From a virus: 64,000 nt of DNA. Below, piece by piece: positions 54,799 to 64,000 of this stretch. The position numbers and the translations under genes were made by a program. The notes under the pieces were generated by a model. It saw only the letters and a list, made by a program, of their open reading frames with translations. It was not told the DNA's origin and ran no database searches. Numbering within the stretch: position 1 is the first letter of the stretch; the number at the start of each line of letters is the position of its first letter. The stretch is taken from the IMG/VR virus record IMGVR_UViG_3300031578_000002, positions 60,290 through 124,289 of that record; one strand, 5' to 3'.

Positions 54799-54888
54799 CT
54801 AACCTTGTAATAATATGTATTGACGAATGGTATCTGGACTTGCTTCACCAATTGAGCAAACGAAATAACCATCACTCCAAAGACGGAA
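54799..54888 (-). pseudogene. tnpA: C-terminal remnant of Y1 transposase TnpA
   Basis: Hand translation FRLWSDGYFVCSIGEASPDTIRQYILLQG*, the IS200 TnpA C-terminal helix with the catalytic Tyr; no HUH part present. Confidence 0.85.
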
Positions 54889-54961
54889 CACTTACAAAAT
54901 AATTTGTGTTTTTGTAAAAAAATATTGTGCTTTTACAAAAGTTTAGACTATTTAATAATAG

Positions 54962-56161
54962 ATGAAAGTAATTAATAAGACATATAGATTTAGGATTTCA
55001 CCTAATAAAGAGCAGGAAGTGTTACTAAATAAGCACTTTGGTTGTTCTCGCTTTGTCTATAATTACTTTTTAAATGAACGTAAAGAGCAATATCAACAAG
55101 ATAAGAAATCAGACAATTATTATGCACAAGCAAAAACTCTAACTGATTTAAAAAAGCAAGAAGATACTATTTGGTTAAAAGAGGTAAATAGTCAAACCCT
55201 TCAATTTGCTTTACGTTCTTTAGATACTGCTTACGTAAATTTCTTTAGAGGTAATGCACAATTTCCAAAATTTAAATCAAGAAAACACAAAAATACTTTC
55301 ACAATTCCCCAATTCGGAGTGTTAACCGATGACAAAATATCAATACCTAAATTTAAAGAAGGAATTAAAGTAAAATTACATAGAAAGGTTAATGGCAAAA
55401 TTGGTAAAATGAGTATTACCCGAACACCTACTGGTAAATATTATGTATCAATATTCACGGAACAACATATTGAAGAATTACTTAAAACAAATAAACAAGT
55501 TGGAATTGACCTTGGAATTAAAGATTTTGTAATTACATCTGATAATAAGAAATTTAAAAATAATAAATATACAAAGAAATATGCAAGAGAATTAAAGAAA
55601 GCACAACAGCATCTTTCTCGTAAAACAAAAGGTAGCAATTCGTTTGAAAAACAAAAACTCAAAGTTGCCTTAATTCACGAGAAAATTGCAAGTTGTAGAT
55701 TAGACGCTTTACATAAAGTTTCACATCAACTGGTTAATCAATATGACTTATTATCAGTTGAGGACTTGAATGTAAAAGGTATGATTAAAAACCACAAATT
55801 ATCCAAACATATTGCTGATGCAAGTTGGGGTACTTTTGTTACATTACTACAATACAAATGTAATTGGTATGGAAAAGAACTTGTAAAAGTAAATCGTTTC
55901 TATCCTTCAAGCAAGACTTGTAATGTTTGTGGATGGATAAATCAAGACTTAAATCTTTTGATTAGAGAGTGGACTTGTAATAATTGTGGTGAACATCACG
56001 ACAGAGATGTTAATGCAAGTATCAATATTCTAAAAGAAGGATTAAAAATATATCGTCAGGAACTGGCGATTACAAAGGTGGAGAGTAAATCAGACGTTAG
56101 TAATAACGCACGCTCAATGAAACCTGAAGCCCAACCCATCGCCTTTGGCGTGGGTGGGTAG
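54962..56161 (+). CDS. tnpB: TnpB RNA-guided nuclease
   Basis: KTYRFRISP, GIDLGIKD, LSVEDLNV, CNVCG...CNNC, HDRDVNAS; triad intact. Confidence 0.95.
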   Translation: MKVINKTYRFRISPNKEQEVLLNKHFGCSRFVYNYFLNERKEQYQQDKKSDNYYAQAKTLTDLKKQEDTIWLKEVNSQTLQFALRSLDTAYVNFFRGNAQFPKFKSRKHKNTFTIPQFGVLTDDKISIPKFKEGIKVKLHRKVNGKIGKMSITRTPTGKYYVSIFTEQHIEELLKTNKQVGIDLGIKDFVITSDNKKFKNNKYTKKYARELKKAQQHLSRKTKGSNSFEKQKLKVALIHEKIASCRLDALHKVSHQLVNQYDLLSVEDLNVKGMIKNHKLSKHIADASWGTFVTLLQYKCNWYGKELVKVNRFYPSSKTCNVCGWINQDLNLLIREWTCNNCGEHHDRDVNASINILKEGLKIYRQELAITKVESKSDVSNNARSMKPEAQPIAFGVGG

Positions 56162-56181
56162 TTCACTAACGGAGGCAACAA

Positions 56182-56463
56182 ATGGAAATTAAAATATTGG
56201 TTATATATGTCGGTGTTATGGGTATTAGAAGTGAAGATATTGACACGTTTGTTAATAAAGTCAGTAAAAAAATAATACCCGAAACCTTTCAGGGTGAAAT
56301 TATCATAATTCCAGTACAATCATTAGATACAAAAATTGAATGTATTAATCCAAAATATATAACCGAAAGTGAATTAATTAGAGAAAATACAGAATTAATA
56401 AAAGAATTACAAAATAATCTTAAATATCAAGCAGAATTATTAAAACAAAAAAAATATGAGTAA
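56182..56463 (+). CDS. Hypothetical protein
   Basis: 93-aa ORF with GGAGG upstream; overlaps the next gene. Confidence 0.7.
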   Translation: MEIKILVIYVGVMGIRSEDIDTFVNKVSKKIIPETFQGEIIIIPVQSLDTKIECINPKYITESELIRENTELIKELQNNLKYQAELLKQKKYE

Positions 56464-57202
56464 ATTACAAATAGGTATTGACATTAATGAAATTTTACGT
56501 GCAAGATGGCTTCAATTTGATAGATTTTATGTACAAGAATTTGGCGAAGAAGGTGCACCAAAAGATGAGCCATATGTTTACGATTATTTTAATAACTATC
56601 AATTTAATGATGTTATTGAAACAAACAAAGAACTGCGAGAACCGGAAGAAACTCCAGACGCAATCAACCCAATTGATTATCAAGTAGATAATAAAACTGG
56701 AGAAGCACCTGCGGATTTTTTATTGTTTAAAAAACCCGAAAAAACAATAATTACAGCAAAAGAAGTTTATAATCGTTTTATGTATGAAGATTATTTATTT
56801 GAAATTCATGGTGCGGCACCTGTAATGTATAAAAATATGGATTTACATGTAAATAATTTTTATTTAAAATATTCAGAAACAGCAAATTTTACATTATTTT
56901 CTGTTGAAAATAGATTTAGTATACCTCCAACACTTTTTTTCTTAAGTAAAATCTCAAGTAGATTTAAAAATATTTCATTTGTTGACAAACCATTAGAAAT
57001 GTGGAATAATATCGACGTATTAATTACAACCGATCCTGAAATATTAAAAATGGGTGCACCTTGGGGTAAAAAACTAATTAAACTTATTAGACCATATAAT
57101 AAAAATATTTCTGTTGGTCAGCTAGAAGTGTTACAAATTGCAGATTTAATAGATAATAAGTCATTTGAAAAAATAATTAAATATAAAAATATAAAAAAAT
57201 GA
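56456..57202 (+). CDS. HAD-superfamily 5'(3')-nucleotidase-like protein
   Basis: IGIDINEILR (motif I with DxN), KLIRPYN near the C-terminus. Confidence 0.65.
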   Translation: MSKLQIGIDINEILRARWLQFDRFYVQEFGEEGAPKDEPYVYDYFNNYQFNDVIETNKELREPEETPDAINPIDYQVDNKTGEAPADFLLFKKPEKTIITAKEVYNRFMYEDYLFEIHGAAPVMYKNMDLHVNNFYLKYSETANFTLFSVENRFSIPPTLFFLSKISSRFKNISFVDKPLEMWNNIDVLITTDPEILKMGAPWGKKLIKLIRPYNKNISVGQLEVLQIADLIDNKSFEKIIKYKNIKK

Positions 57203-58335
57203 GTGAAGAATTAAAAACTTCAGTACAAGATGCTGAAACAGAAAAAATTGAAAAGGTAAGACAATCATTAAATAATATAGTTAATAAAAAATCAAAATTT
57301 CTATTTTGTATTCCAGATTCTCCATCACCAACGGCTAGTGTATATGAAATGTATTTTCATGCAACAGTTGTAAAAAATATGGGATACGAAGTTATTATAA
57401 TGGTTGAAAGAGGTGATTATGTCGTACCAACATGGATTGAAAGTGAATTAACTAGTTATAAACATATTTCAATGTCTGATCCAAAATTAACTGTTGGACC
57501 TGAAGATATTATGGTAATACCTGAAGTATACTCAAACATTATGGAACAAACAAAAAATTTGCCATGTGTAAGAATAGGATTATTACAATCTGTTGATTAT
57601 ATGATGAATGCATTAATTCCGGGAACTGATTGGACATCTTTTGGTATTCATGACATAATTACTACTTCTGAAACACTTAAAGAATGGGTTGATTTATTTT
57701 ATAATAAAAAATTTAAAATAAATGTGTATAACATTGGTATTCCCGATTATTTTGAAAAATCAACAATACCACAAAAACCAATTATTTCTGTTGTTGGTAG
57801 AAATCAAAATGAAATTTCAAAATTTGTTAAGTTATTCTTTAATAAATATCCTCAATATAATTGGGTAACATTTGATCCTATGGTAACTAAAAGTAAACCA
57901 CCACAACCAATGCGTAGAGTAGACTTTGCAAAAAGATTACAAGGTAATTTCGCTGCGGTATGGGTTGATAGAATTTCAAGTTTTGGTACATTTCCATTAG
58001 AATGTATGAAATCTGGGGTAATTCCAATCTGTTTAAAACCAGATATTATGCCAGAATATATGATAAATAGAGATGAAAATAATATTCCTATTAGTGCAAT
58101 TGATGGTGCTGGGGTATGGACAAATAACTACTATGATTTACCGATATTAACTGGTGAAGTATTAATTAAATTTCTGGATGATAGTATTAATGAGGAGATA
58201 TACACAGAAATGAATAATGTTGTTTCCAAATACACACAAGAAATCAGCGAAAAACAATTAGTCGATATATATACAGAATATATTAATCAAAGAATCAGTC
58301 TGTTTGAGTCAGCACTTCAACCAATTGTTGAATAA
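57199..58335 (+). CDS. GT-B (GT4-like) glycosyltransferase
   Basis: DIMVIPE, WVDRISSFGTFPLECMKSG. Confidence 0.75.
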   Translation: MSEELKTSVQDAETEKIEKVRQSLNNIVNKKSKFLFCIPDSPSPTASVYEMYFHATVVKNMGYEVIIMVERGDYVVPTWIESELTSYKHISMSDPKLTVGPEDIMVIPEVYSNIMEQTKNLPCVRIGLLQSVDYMMNALIPGTDWTSFGIHDIITTSETLKEWVDLFYNKKFKINVYNIGIPDYFEKSTIPQKPIISVVGRNQNEISKFVKLFFNKYPQYNWVTFDPMVTKSKPPQPMRRVDFAKRLQGNFAAVWVDRISSFGTFPLECMKSGVIPICLKPDIMPEYMINRDENNIPISAIDGAGVWTNNYYDLPILTGEVLIKFLDDSINEEIYTEMNNVVSKYTQEISEKQLVDIYTEYINQRISLFESALQPIVE

Positions 58336-58365
58336 AAAATAATTTAAACTTAAATAAATAAAAAT

Positions 58366-59166
58366 ATGAATAATATAACAATAATAATTCCTATCCACGA
58401 ATTTAGTGAAAATATAAGTACTTATTTGGATAAGGCAATTGAGTCAATTGAGAAACAAGAAGGTGTTAATGAAAAGCCTAAGTTGATTGTGATTTCAGCT
58501 GCAGAATGTGGTGATACTGTTTTAGAATATTTAAAAAGTAAAGAAAATCTAGTATATACTCATGTAAAAAATGAAGAAAAAACTGATTATCAATCACAAG
58601 TAAATCTTGCTGTAGAATCAGTAACAACTGATTATTTTTCAGTCCTTGAGTTTGACGATGAGTTCGGCACAACATTTATTAAACAAGCAGAAAAATATAT
58701 ATCTGCATATCCAAGTATTGATATTTTTTTAAATTTAATTATTGAGGTTAATGAAAAAAATGAGGGAATTAAATTAACAAACGAAACTGTTTGGGCACAA
58801 CAATTCGTTGGTGAAAACGGTGAAATGGGTTATTTAAATGTTAACGCATTAAAACAGTATACTGATTTCAAACTTTCAGGGGCAATAATTAAAAAATCTG
58901 AATTTAAAAACATTGGTGGATATAAATCAAATATAAAATTAGCATTTATGTATGAATTTCTACTGAGGGCAATAAATAATGCTTGTAAAGTCTTTACAAT
59001 ACCTAAGATTAATTATAAACATTTGGCTGTTCGTGAGAATAGTTTATTTGATAATTATCAAAAAACAATGCCAGTCGCTGAAAGAAAATTTTGGTTTGAA
59101 ATCGCAACCAAAGAGTCTAATTTTATGAATGATAGAATTATTGATATGTCAAGACTTCAAAAATAA
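58366..59166 (+). CDS. GT2-like glycosyltransferase
   Basis: ITIIIPIH, VNLAV, FSVLEFDD, YEFLLRA. Confidence 0.8.
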   Translation: MNNITIIIPIHEFSENISTYLDKAIESIEKQEGVNEKPKLIVISAAECGDTVLEYLKSKENLVYTHVKNEEKTDYQSQVNLAVESVTTDYFSVLEFDDEFGTTFIKQAEKYISAYPSIDIFLNLIIEVNEKNEGIKLTNETVWAQQFVGENGEMGYLNVNALKQYTDFKLSGAIIKKSEFKNIGGYKSNIKLAFMYEFLLRAINNACKVFTIPKINYKHLAVRENSLFDNYQKTMPVAERKFWFEIATKESNFMNDRIIDMSRLQK

Positions 59167-59190
59167 CCATAAAATATTATATTATGATAA

Positions 59191-59943
59191 ATGAAGAAAA
59201 CAAGTACGGGTGCATATTATTTTGCTGAAAAGGAAGAACAGGCTGTTATTGATTATATTAATTCTGACTCAATTGATGAAAAAAATAGAATATATAATGA
59301 AATATTAATCATCCCGTTCAGAAAAATGATTGAAACTATCATTAGGGTATACCCAATACACATAGGTAATTATGAAACAAGTGAGGTTGAGTCAAATGCA
59401 CTTACACATCTTATTGAGCATATGGTTAAGTATAACCCAAATAAAATTACAAAATCTGGCGAAAAAACAAAAGCGTTTAGTTATTGTCAGACAATAATAA
59501 GAAATTATTATAAAGATCACAGTCGAAAAAGTAATCTTGAAAAGAAAATTAATTTATCGTTTGATGACTATGTTGACGAGGTTAATGAAAATTCCGAATA
59601 TACATATGAACTTGAACTTGAAAATCAACAACATCTAGAAAAATTAATTAATGATGTCGTTATTAAAATTGAAGATAAAATTAATAATGACGTTTTAATG
59701 AAAAAAAATGAAATAATTGTTGGTGATGCAATAGTGAATGTATTAAGAAATTGGCATGTATTATTCATGGAAGATACACCTGATGGAAAATATGATAAAA
59801 AGGTAACAAATAAATTTGCAAAAAATAAAATACTTTTTTATTTAAAGGAACAAACGGGATTATCAACAAAAGAAATTCGTATTGGTATTAAGCCTTTTAA
59901 GGAAATATATTTCATTGAAAAAATGGATTATTTTGATGATTAA
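59191..59943 (+). CDS. Phage late-transcription sigma factor, gp55-like
   Basis: YYF..KEEQAV..Y, and KYNP...KAFSYCQTIIRNY resembling sigma region 2 of T4 gp55 homologues. Confidence 0.6.
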   Translation: MKKTSTGAYYFAEKEEQAVIDYINSDSIDEKNRIYNEILIIPFRKMIETIIRVYPIHIGNYETSEVESNALTHLIEHMVKYNPNKITKSGEKTKAFSYCQTIIRNYYKDHSRKSNLEKKINLSFDDYVDEVNENSEYTYELELENQQHLEKLINDVVIKIEDKINNDVLMKKNEIIVGDAIVNVLRNWHVLFMEDTPDGKYDKKVTNKFAKNKILFYLKEQTGLSTKEIRIGIKPFKEIYFIEKMDYFDD

Positions 59944-59991
59944 TATTAATAGTATTAATTTTAAAACTATTTATATACAAAACCATATAAA

Positions 59992-60393
59992 ATGAGGCCA
60001 CAACGAAAAGAATTAAAATTTGATGAAAAGAGTGTAAATAACCTTTTACAGGAAATTTATAATGAATCTCATAACATAAAAGCAAAAATTACCAGACTTT
60101 TTACAAAATGGGAATTGAAAATTAAAGAGACTGGTGAAATTGCCGCAATTGGTGATCAAATTGTAAAATTAATTGCTGCTGAGGCAAAAAACCAAGATCA
60201 AAAAATAATGCTGTTAAAATATCTAAAAGAAGTCGTTTTTGATATAAAAAATGGTAATACAAATAATGATTCTGGTGGTAATACTCAAAAAAAAGACGAA
60301 AAGGAATCTGTGATAACATCAGATAGAAGAAACGAATTACTTAATTTTGTTGCAGAAGAAATCGAGAGAAAAGAAAAGGAAAGGAATAAATAA
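59992..60393 (+). CDS. Hypothetical helical protein
   Basis: 133-aa ORF with CTATTTAT upstream at 59967-59974. Confidence 0.7.
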   Translation: MRPQRKELKFDEKSVNNLLQEIYNESHNIKAKITRLFTKWELKIKETGEIAAIGDQIVKLIAAEAKNQDQKIMLLKYLKEVVFDIKNGNTNNDSGGNTQKKDEKESVITSDRRNELLNFVAEEIERKEKERNK

Positions 60394-61730
60394 TGAGTTT
60401 GGCAGATAATAAAAAAAGTGTTTTTACAAAAATTAAAGCATATAATTCAATTGCTGCCACAGGTAAAATGCCAAAGCAGACAAATTCCTATTCTTCAATT
60501 AATAATAGTAAAGAAGTAATTCCATTTTTATTGGACACATTAAAATGTGTTGCTGGAACAGAAGCATTAAAAATTTTATTAGGTAAAATGCTTACAAACA
60601 TGTTAAAAAATGTTGAGCCAAACTTAAAAACAGGTATAAAAAAACAATTTACTCAATCAAATTCTGATGATGAGTTATCAAATGATTTCGTAACAAATGG
60701 TGTGTCAATGTCAGTAAAAACAATTGATACAGCAGGAAAACTAAAAATATCACCAACATCAACAGAAACCGGGGGAAATTTAATATATGCATCACCAAAT
60801 GATAATAACTTTGATTATAAGGCCCATGATGCAATCAGACTTGAAGGAACAAATATCAATTGTAATAACATGTCAATTAAATACGACTCAGTTAATGACG
60901 GATTTAATATTAAACCAAATATAAATAATAATAACTTAAAAGTTGGTACATATTTTAATAACTACATCGATAAAACACAAATTATAAATACACAAGAAAT
61001 TGTGAGTAAAACAATGGATAAAATATTTGGAACACTTTCCAAAGATCAAGATAAAACCGAAGATGAAATTTATGATGAATTACAAATAGAAAAAATGTTA
61101 GAGCAAGTGATCAATGGCGATGACTCATTTGAGATATCACCTGATGTATTAGGTCAATTAAGACAACAAGCAACAGAAATTGCTAATGGTGCAACTAGTT
61201 ATGATTTAGGTTGTGGTATCATGCCAGTAACATTATCAATAGACACTTTAAATAATATTATGACATCAATTTCTGGATCAACAAATGCATTTGCTGTTGG
61301 AAACGCTATTGAAAGTGCACTTAATGATAGCATTGATGATACCGATGAAAATAAACAAACAATTAAAGATAATTTTCTTCAAAAGTTTATTAACATTTTA
61401 GTTATAAAAATATTACATGCAGTAACTACTGCACCACAAATACGAGTTCTCATGGCGATAATGGGTTCACTACAAAATCAGGGGGATATACTACTTAGTG
61501 ATGCTAAAGCTGACATGAAAAAATGGAAAATTTACATTAAATGCATGGCAAAAGATATCTTAAAAATGGTTGCAGAATTCATTTTTAATTTAGCTATTGG
61601 ATATTTAATAAAACTTTTAACACCAATAATAAAAAAAGTAGGTAAAGAACAAATTACACAATTTTCAAACATAATTAAAAGTTTTTCTGGTAGATTTGGA
61701 AAGTTAGCGGAAAAAACTGCAACGGGATAA
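60393..61730 (+). CDS. Hypothetical, probable virion protein
   Basis: 445-aa ORF translationally coupled to the previous gene; no motif recognised. Confidence 0.7.
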   Translation: MSLADNKKSVFTKIKAYNSIAATGKMPKQTNSYSSINNSKEVIPFLLDTLKCVAGTEALKILLGKMLTNMLKNVEPNLKTGIKKQFTQSNSDDELSNDFVTNGVSMSVKTIDTAGKLKISPTSTETGGNLIYASPNDNNFDYKAHDAIRLEGTNINCNNMSIKYDSVNDGFNIKPNINNNNLKVGTYFNNYIDKTQIINTQEIVSKTMDKIFGTLSKDQDKTEDEIYDELQIEKMLEQVINGDDSFEISPDVLGQLRQQATEIANGATSYDLGCGIMPVTLSIDTLNNIMTSISGSTNAFAVGNAIESALNDSIDDTDENKQTIKDNFLQKFINILVIKILHAVTTAPQIRVLMAIMGSLQNQGDILLSDAKADMKKWKIYIKCMAKDILKMVAEFIFNLAIGYLIKLLTPIIKKVGKEQITQFSNIIKSFSGRFGKLAEKTATG

Positions 61731-61743
61731 AATAAACATAAAT

Positions 61744-61914
61744 ATGATTGTAGATCAAAAATCAAATAAACAAATTGTAGGTGTTTACCTTATTGATAAT
61801 AATATTGATGGTGCTCAGCTTGCAACAACAACCAAACCCGGTATAATTAGAATTTTTCTAATAAGATTACTTTTGGGATGGAAGTGGATAAGTATTAAAG
61901 AATTAAAAAAGTAA
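61744..61914 (+). CDS. Small hypothetical protein (56 aa)
   Basis: Hand translation MIVDQKSNKQIVGVYLID...LLLGWKWISIKELKK*; fills the gap exactly, stop 1 nt before the next ATG. Confidence 0.65.
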   Translation: MIVDQKSNKQIVGVYLIDNNIDGAQLATTTKPGIIRIFLIRLLLGWKWISIKELKK

Positions 61915-61915
61915 A

Positions 61916-62323
61916 ATGGCAATTGATTTTAGTAATACTGACTCTATAATTGGTGGATTTAATAAAGTTTTAAATCTTTCGTCTGTTGGAAGTCCTCCAC
62001 CAATACCAACAGCACTTATTTTGACAGGTGTTCCACAACGATCTGGGTTATCACCTATCAAAATAGCAACAAAAATTATTTCTAGAAAGAGTGAGGCTGG
62101 ACTACCAATTGGTCCTCTACCTAATGGTAATACAAATCCTGATGAAATTATGGAAAGAATTAGAATTGAAGAAATAATAAAGGCATTACAAGAAGATGCA
62201 ATAATCAGCGTAGGAATTCCACCGGGAATAACATTATCAGCAGCAGGTGTTTCACCAGCAGGTCCAGTTTCAGTATTTGGGGCAACAATTTATGTTGCAA
62301 AAGGTTATGGAGTAATACAATAA
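61916..62323 (+). CDS. Hypothetical, probable baseplate-associated protein
   Basis: P/G-rich 135-aa ORF in the operon with the spike gene. Confidence 0.65.
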   Translation: MAIDFSNTDSIIGGFNKVLNLSSVGSPPPIPTALILTGVPQRSGLSPIKIATKIISRKSEAGLPIGPLPNGNTNPDEIMERIRIEEIIKALQEDAIISVGIPPGITLSAAGVSPAGPVSVFGATIYVAKGYGVIQ

Positions 62324-62532
62324 TGGAAAATCTAAAAGAAAAAACACCGACGGAATTATTAAAGATTGGTAATGATGTTAAAGCAATGCACGATAAATTA
62401 AAACTTGAAATAATTAACGATACAATAATTGTTGATGAATTATCTAAAAAAATTAATGATAAACTAATACAATTAAATAAATTAGAGGAAAATTATGTTC
62501 TAGTTGTTGAAGAGATTAATAATAGAGAATAA
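62323..62532 (+). CDS. Small coiled-coil hypothetical protein
   Basis: 69-aa ORF coupled by TAATG overlaps on both sides. Confidence 0.7.
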   Translation: MENLKEKTPTELLKIGNDVKAMHDKLKLEIINDTIIVDELSKKINDKLIQLNKLEENYVLVVEEINNRE

Positions 62533-63428
62533 TGAGAAAAGAAGGTAATCAAATATTACATACAAGTAATCCATATAAACAAAGTTCGGCATCTATCGTT
62601 CCTAATAGAACAATTTACTATGGAACTGTTGTTAATATTGATGATGGCATGGATGGTGCAAACCTTCAAGTAAGAATACCTGATTTAGATAATAGAATTA
62701 GTGATGATAATTTGCCTTGGTGTTATCCGTTAATGCCAAAATATTTTCATGTCTATCCTCAAGTTGGCGAAATTGTTAGAATATTTCTTGAAGACATTAA
62801 GTTTTCTGAAAGAAGTAGATTTTGGTTAGGGAGTGTTATATCACAGCCACATAAAATCGGATTTGATTCTAAATTAACAGCACTTTCAACAACTAATTAT
62901 GCTTTAGTCCAGCCAGAAAAGGCACCATCAACATATCCTAATGCACAAGGGGTTTTTCCTGAAAAATCTGATGTCGCAATTGTTGGTAAAGTAAATACCG
63001 ATATTATTCTTAGGTTAAATGAGGTACATATAAGAGCAGGTAAGCATGAAAACGATAATATTTTAAATTTAAACACAAAAAACCCCGCTGAAATTAGTAT
63101 GGTCTTTGAACCACAACCTAATTTAAATGGTGTTTATTATAGTAATACCATTATTATGAGTGACAAAATTGCGTTAATATCACACAATGGAAATCCGCAA
63201 TTTAAAGCAGCACGACAAACACCTAATGATAGAATACGCATATTTGACGAAGCGCACCCAATTGCACGTGCAGATGTTCTAATTGAAGCACTTAATGTAA
63301 TTAGAGATGCACTAATAAATCATATACATGGATATTCAGGGATTAATGCTGAAAAAACTGAAGTAATTACAAAACTCGAAAATTTAAAATTTGAACCAAT
63401 TTCACAAAAAAATGTTGTAACTAATTAA
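62532..63428 (+). CDS. Baseplate central spike, gp5/VgrG-like OB fold
   Basis: YYGTVVNIDD...QVRIP...LPWCYPL...PQVGEIVRI; C-terminal NHIHGY metal-binding tip motif. Confidence 0.8.
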   Translation: MRKEGNQILHTSNPYKQSSASIVPNRTIYYGTVVNIDDGMDGANLQVRIPDLDNRISDDNLPWCYPLMPKYFHVYPQVGEIVRIFLEDIKFSERSRFWLGSVISQPHKIGFDSKLTALSTTNYALVQPEKAPSTYPNAQGVFPEKSDVAIVGKVNTDIILRLNEVHIRAGKHENDNILNLNTKNPAEISMVFEPQPNLNGVYYSNTIIMSDKIALISHNGNPQFKAARQTPNDRIRIFDEAHPIARADVLIEALNVIRDALINHIHGYSGINAEKTEVITKLENLKFEPISQKNVVTN

Positions 63429-63444
63429 ATTAATTGTAGATTTG
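63415..63444 (+). promoter_or_regulatory. Bacteroidota-type promoter for the nuclease gene
   Basis: TTG, 19 nt, TAGATTTG. Confidence 0.5.
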
Positions 63445-63450
63445 TAATCT

Positions 63451-64000
63451 ATGAACGTACCTGTTGAGCTATTTACATCTTTTAATGAAATATCCTTTAT
63501 TGATGACATACATAAGTATTATATCAATAATAAAGAATTAATATCAGTTACAACATTAATTCATAAATATCAAGAAGAGTTTGATGTTGAATATTGGTCT
63601 GAATATAAAGGAAATGAATTAGGAATAAAACCTGAAATAATTAAAAGGGCTTGGACATTCATTAATAATAAAGGAACTATTAAAGGTTCTGCAATACATG
63701 ACTATGCAGAAAATTTATTTCAAAATAAAATATATAAATATCCTAAAGATTTAGTTTTAAATAAATTTGGATTTGATCCGGTTTGGAATGAATATGTTAT
63801 AACAAAAAATCATGTTGATAAGTTTTATAATGACGTTCAGGGAAAATTAATTCCAATCCGAACCGAAATGGTCGTTTATGATAAACAATCATTAATTGGT
63901 GGAATGTTGGATATTTTATTTTTTAATGTTAGATGGAACTGTTTTCAAATATACGATTGGAAAACTAATAAAAAATTTACTAAAGAATGTAAAGATAGAC
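63451..64000 (+). CDS. PD-(D/E)XK (Cas4/RecB-like) exonuclease, runs off window end
   Basis: Absent from the track; hand translation HKYY...LISVTTLI...KGSAIHDYAE...TE...GMLDIL...IYDWKT. Confidence 0.85.
   Translation, partial: MNVPVELFTSFNEISFIDDIHKYYINNKELISVTTLIHKYQEEFDVEYWSEYKGNELGIKPEIIKRAWTFINNKGTIKGSAIHDYAENLFQNKIYKYPKDLVLNKFGFDPVWNEYVITKNHVDKFYNDVQGKLIPIRTEMVVYDKQSLIGGMLDILFFNVRWNCFQIYDWKTNKKFTKECKDR

Larger units (their letters stand above)
54743..56166 (+). mobile_element. IS200/IS605-family element 2 (tnpA remnant + tnpB)
   Basis: Follows TTTAT; left-end hairpin ATCCCACCCA...TGGGTGGGAT-GTAAGCG; right end ...GTGGGTGGGTAGTTCAC. Confidence 0.88.

Noticed and set aside
59992-60393. 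Terminase small subunit call
   Set aside because: Helical character and position are suggestive only; no recognisable motif and no large subunit nearby.
1-64000. Stop-codon reassignment as in some large Bacteroidota phages
   Set aside because: Genes are full length in code 11, and TAG acts as a stop at sensible positions (2033, 53298).

Overview
Very AT-rich, gene-dense segment of a large T4-like (myovirus-type) phage genome read in standard code 11. The host is inferred to be a Bacteroidota member, because TTG-N19/20-TAnnTTTG promoters recur ahead of replication genes. The minus strand (1-54218) carries a replication module: family B polymerase exonuclease part, SNF2 helicase with intein, DnaB helicase with class 3 intein, 5'-3' exonuclease, RecA/UvsX and gp32-like SSB. 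It also carries a block of Cys-rich tail-fibre/appendage genes, probable internal head proteins, a ten-gene sugar-modification cluster, and baseplate hub, tape measure and chaperone genes. The plus strand (54365-64000) carries a truncated phoH, a HAD protein, two glycosyltransferases, a gp55-like sigma factor, a baseplate spike and a PD-(D/E)XK nuclease. Selfish elements are dense: one IS607, two IS200/IS605-type TnpB elements, two GIY-YIG endonucleases and two inteins. Two observations stand out. (1) The non-coding region 21540-23920 looks like a stable-RNA operon (host promoter, three boxA-like motifs). It holds a circularly permuted tRNA-Tyr-like gene and a tRNA-like gene interrupted in its D arm. 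Both are broken by the same short conserved module (A-tract, helix, CAGTAAA), and a fourth copy of that module is split by a TnpB element. (2) The SNF2 intein stays open in the host frame while encoding a complete Zn-finger/Vsr-like endonuclease in the +1 frame. All protein calls come from motif recognition by eye; no database searches were run.
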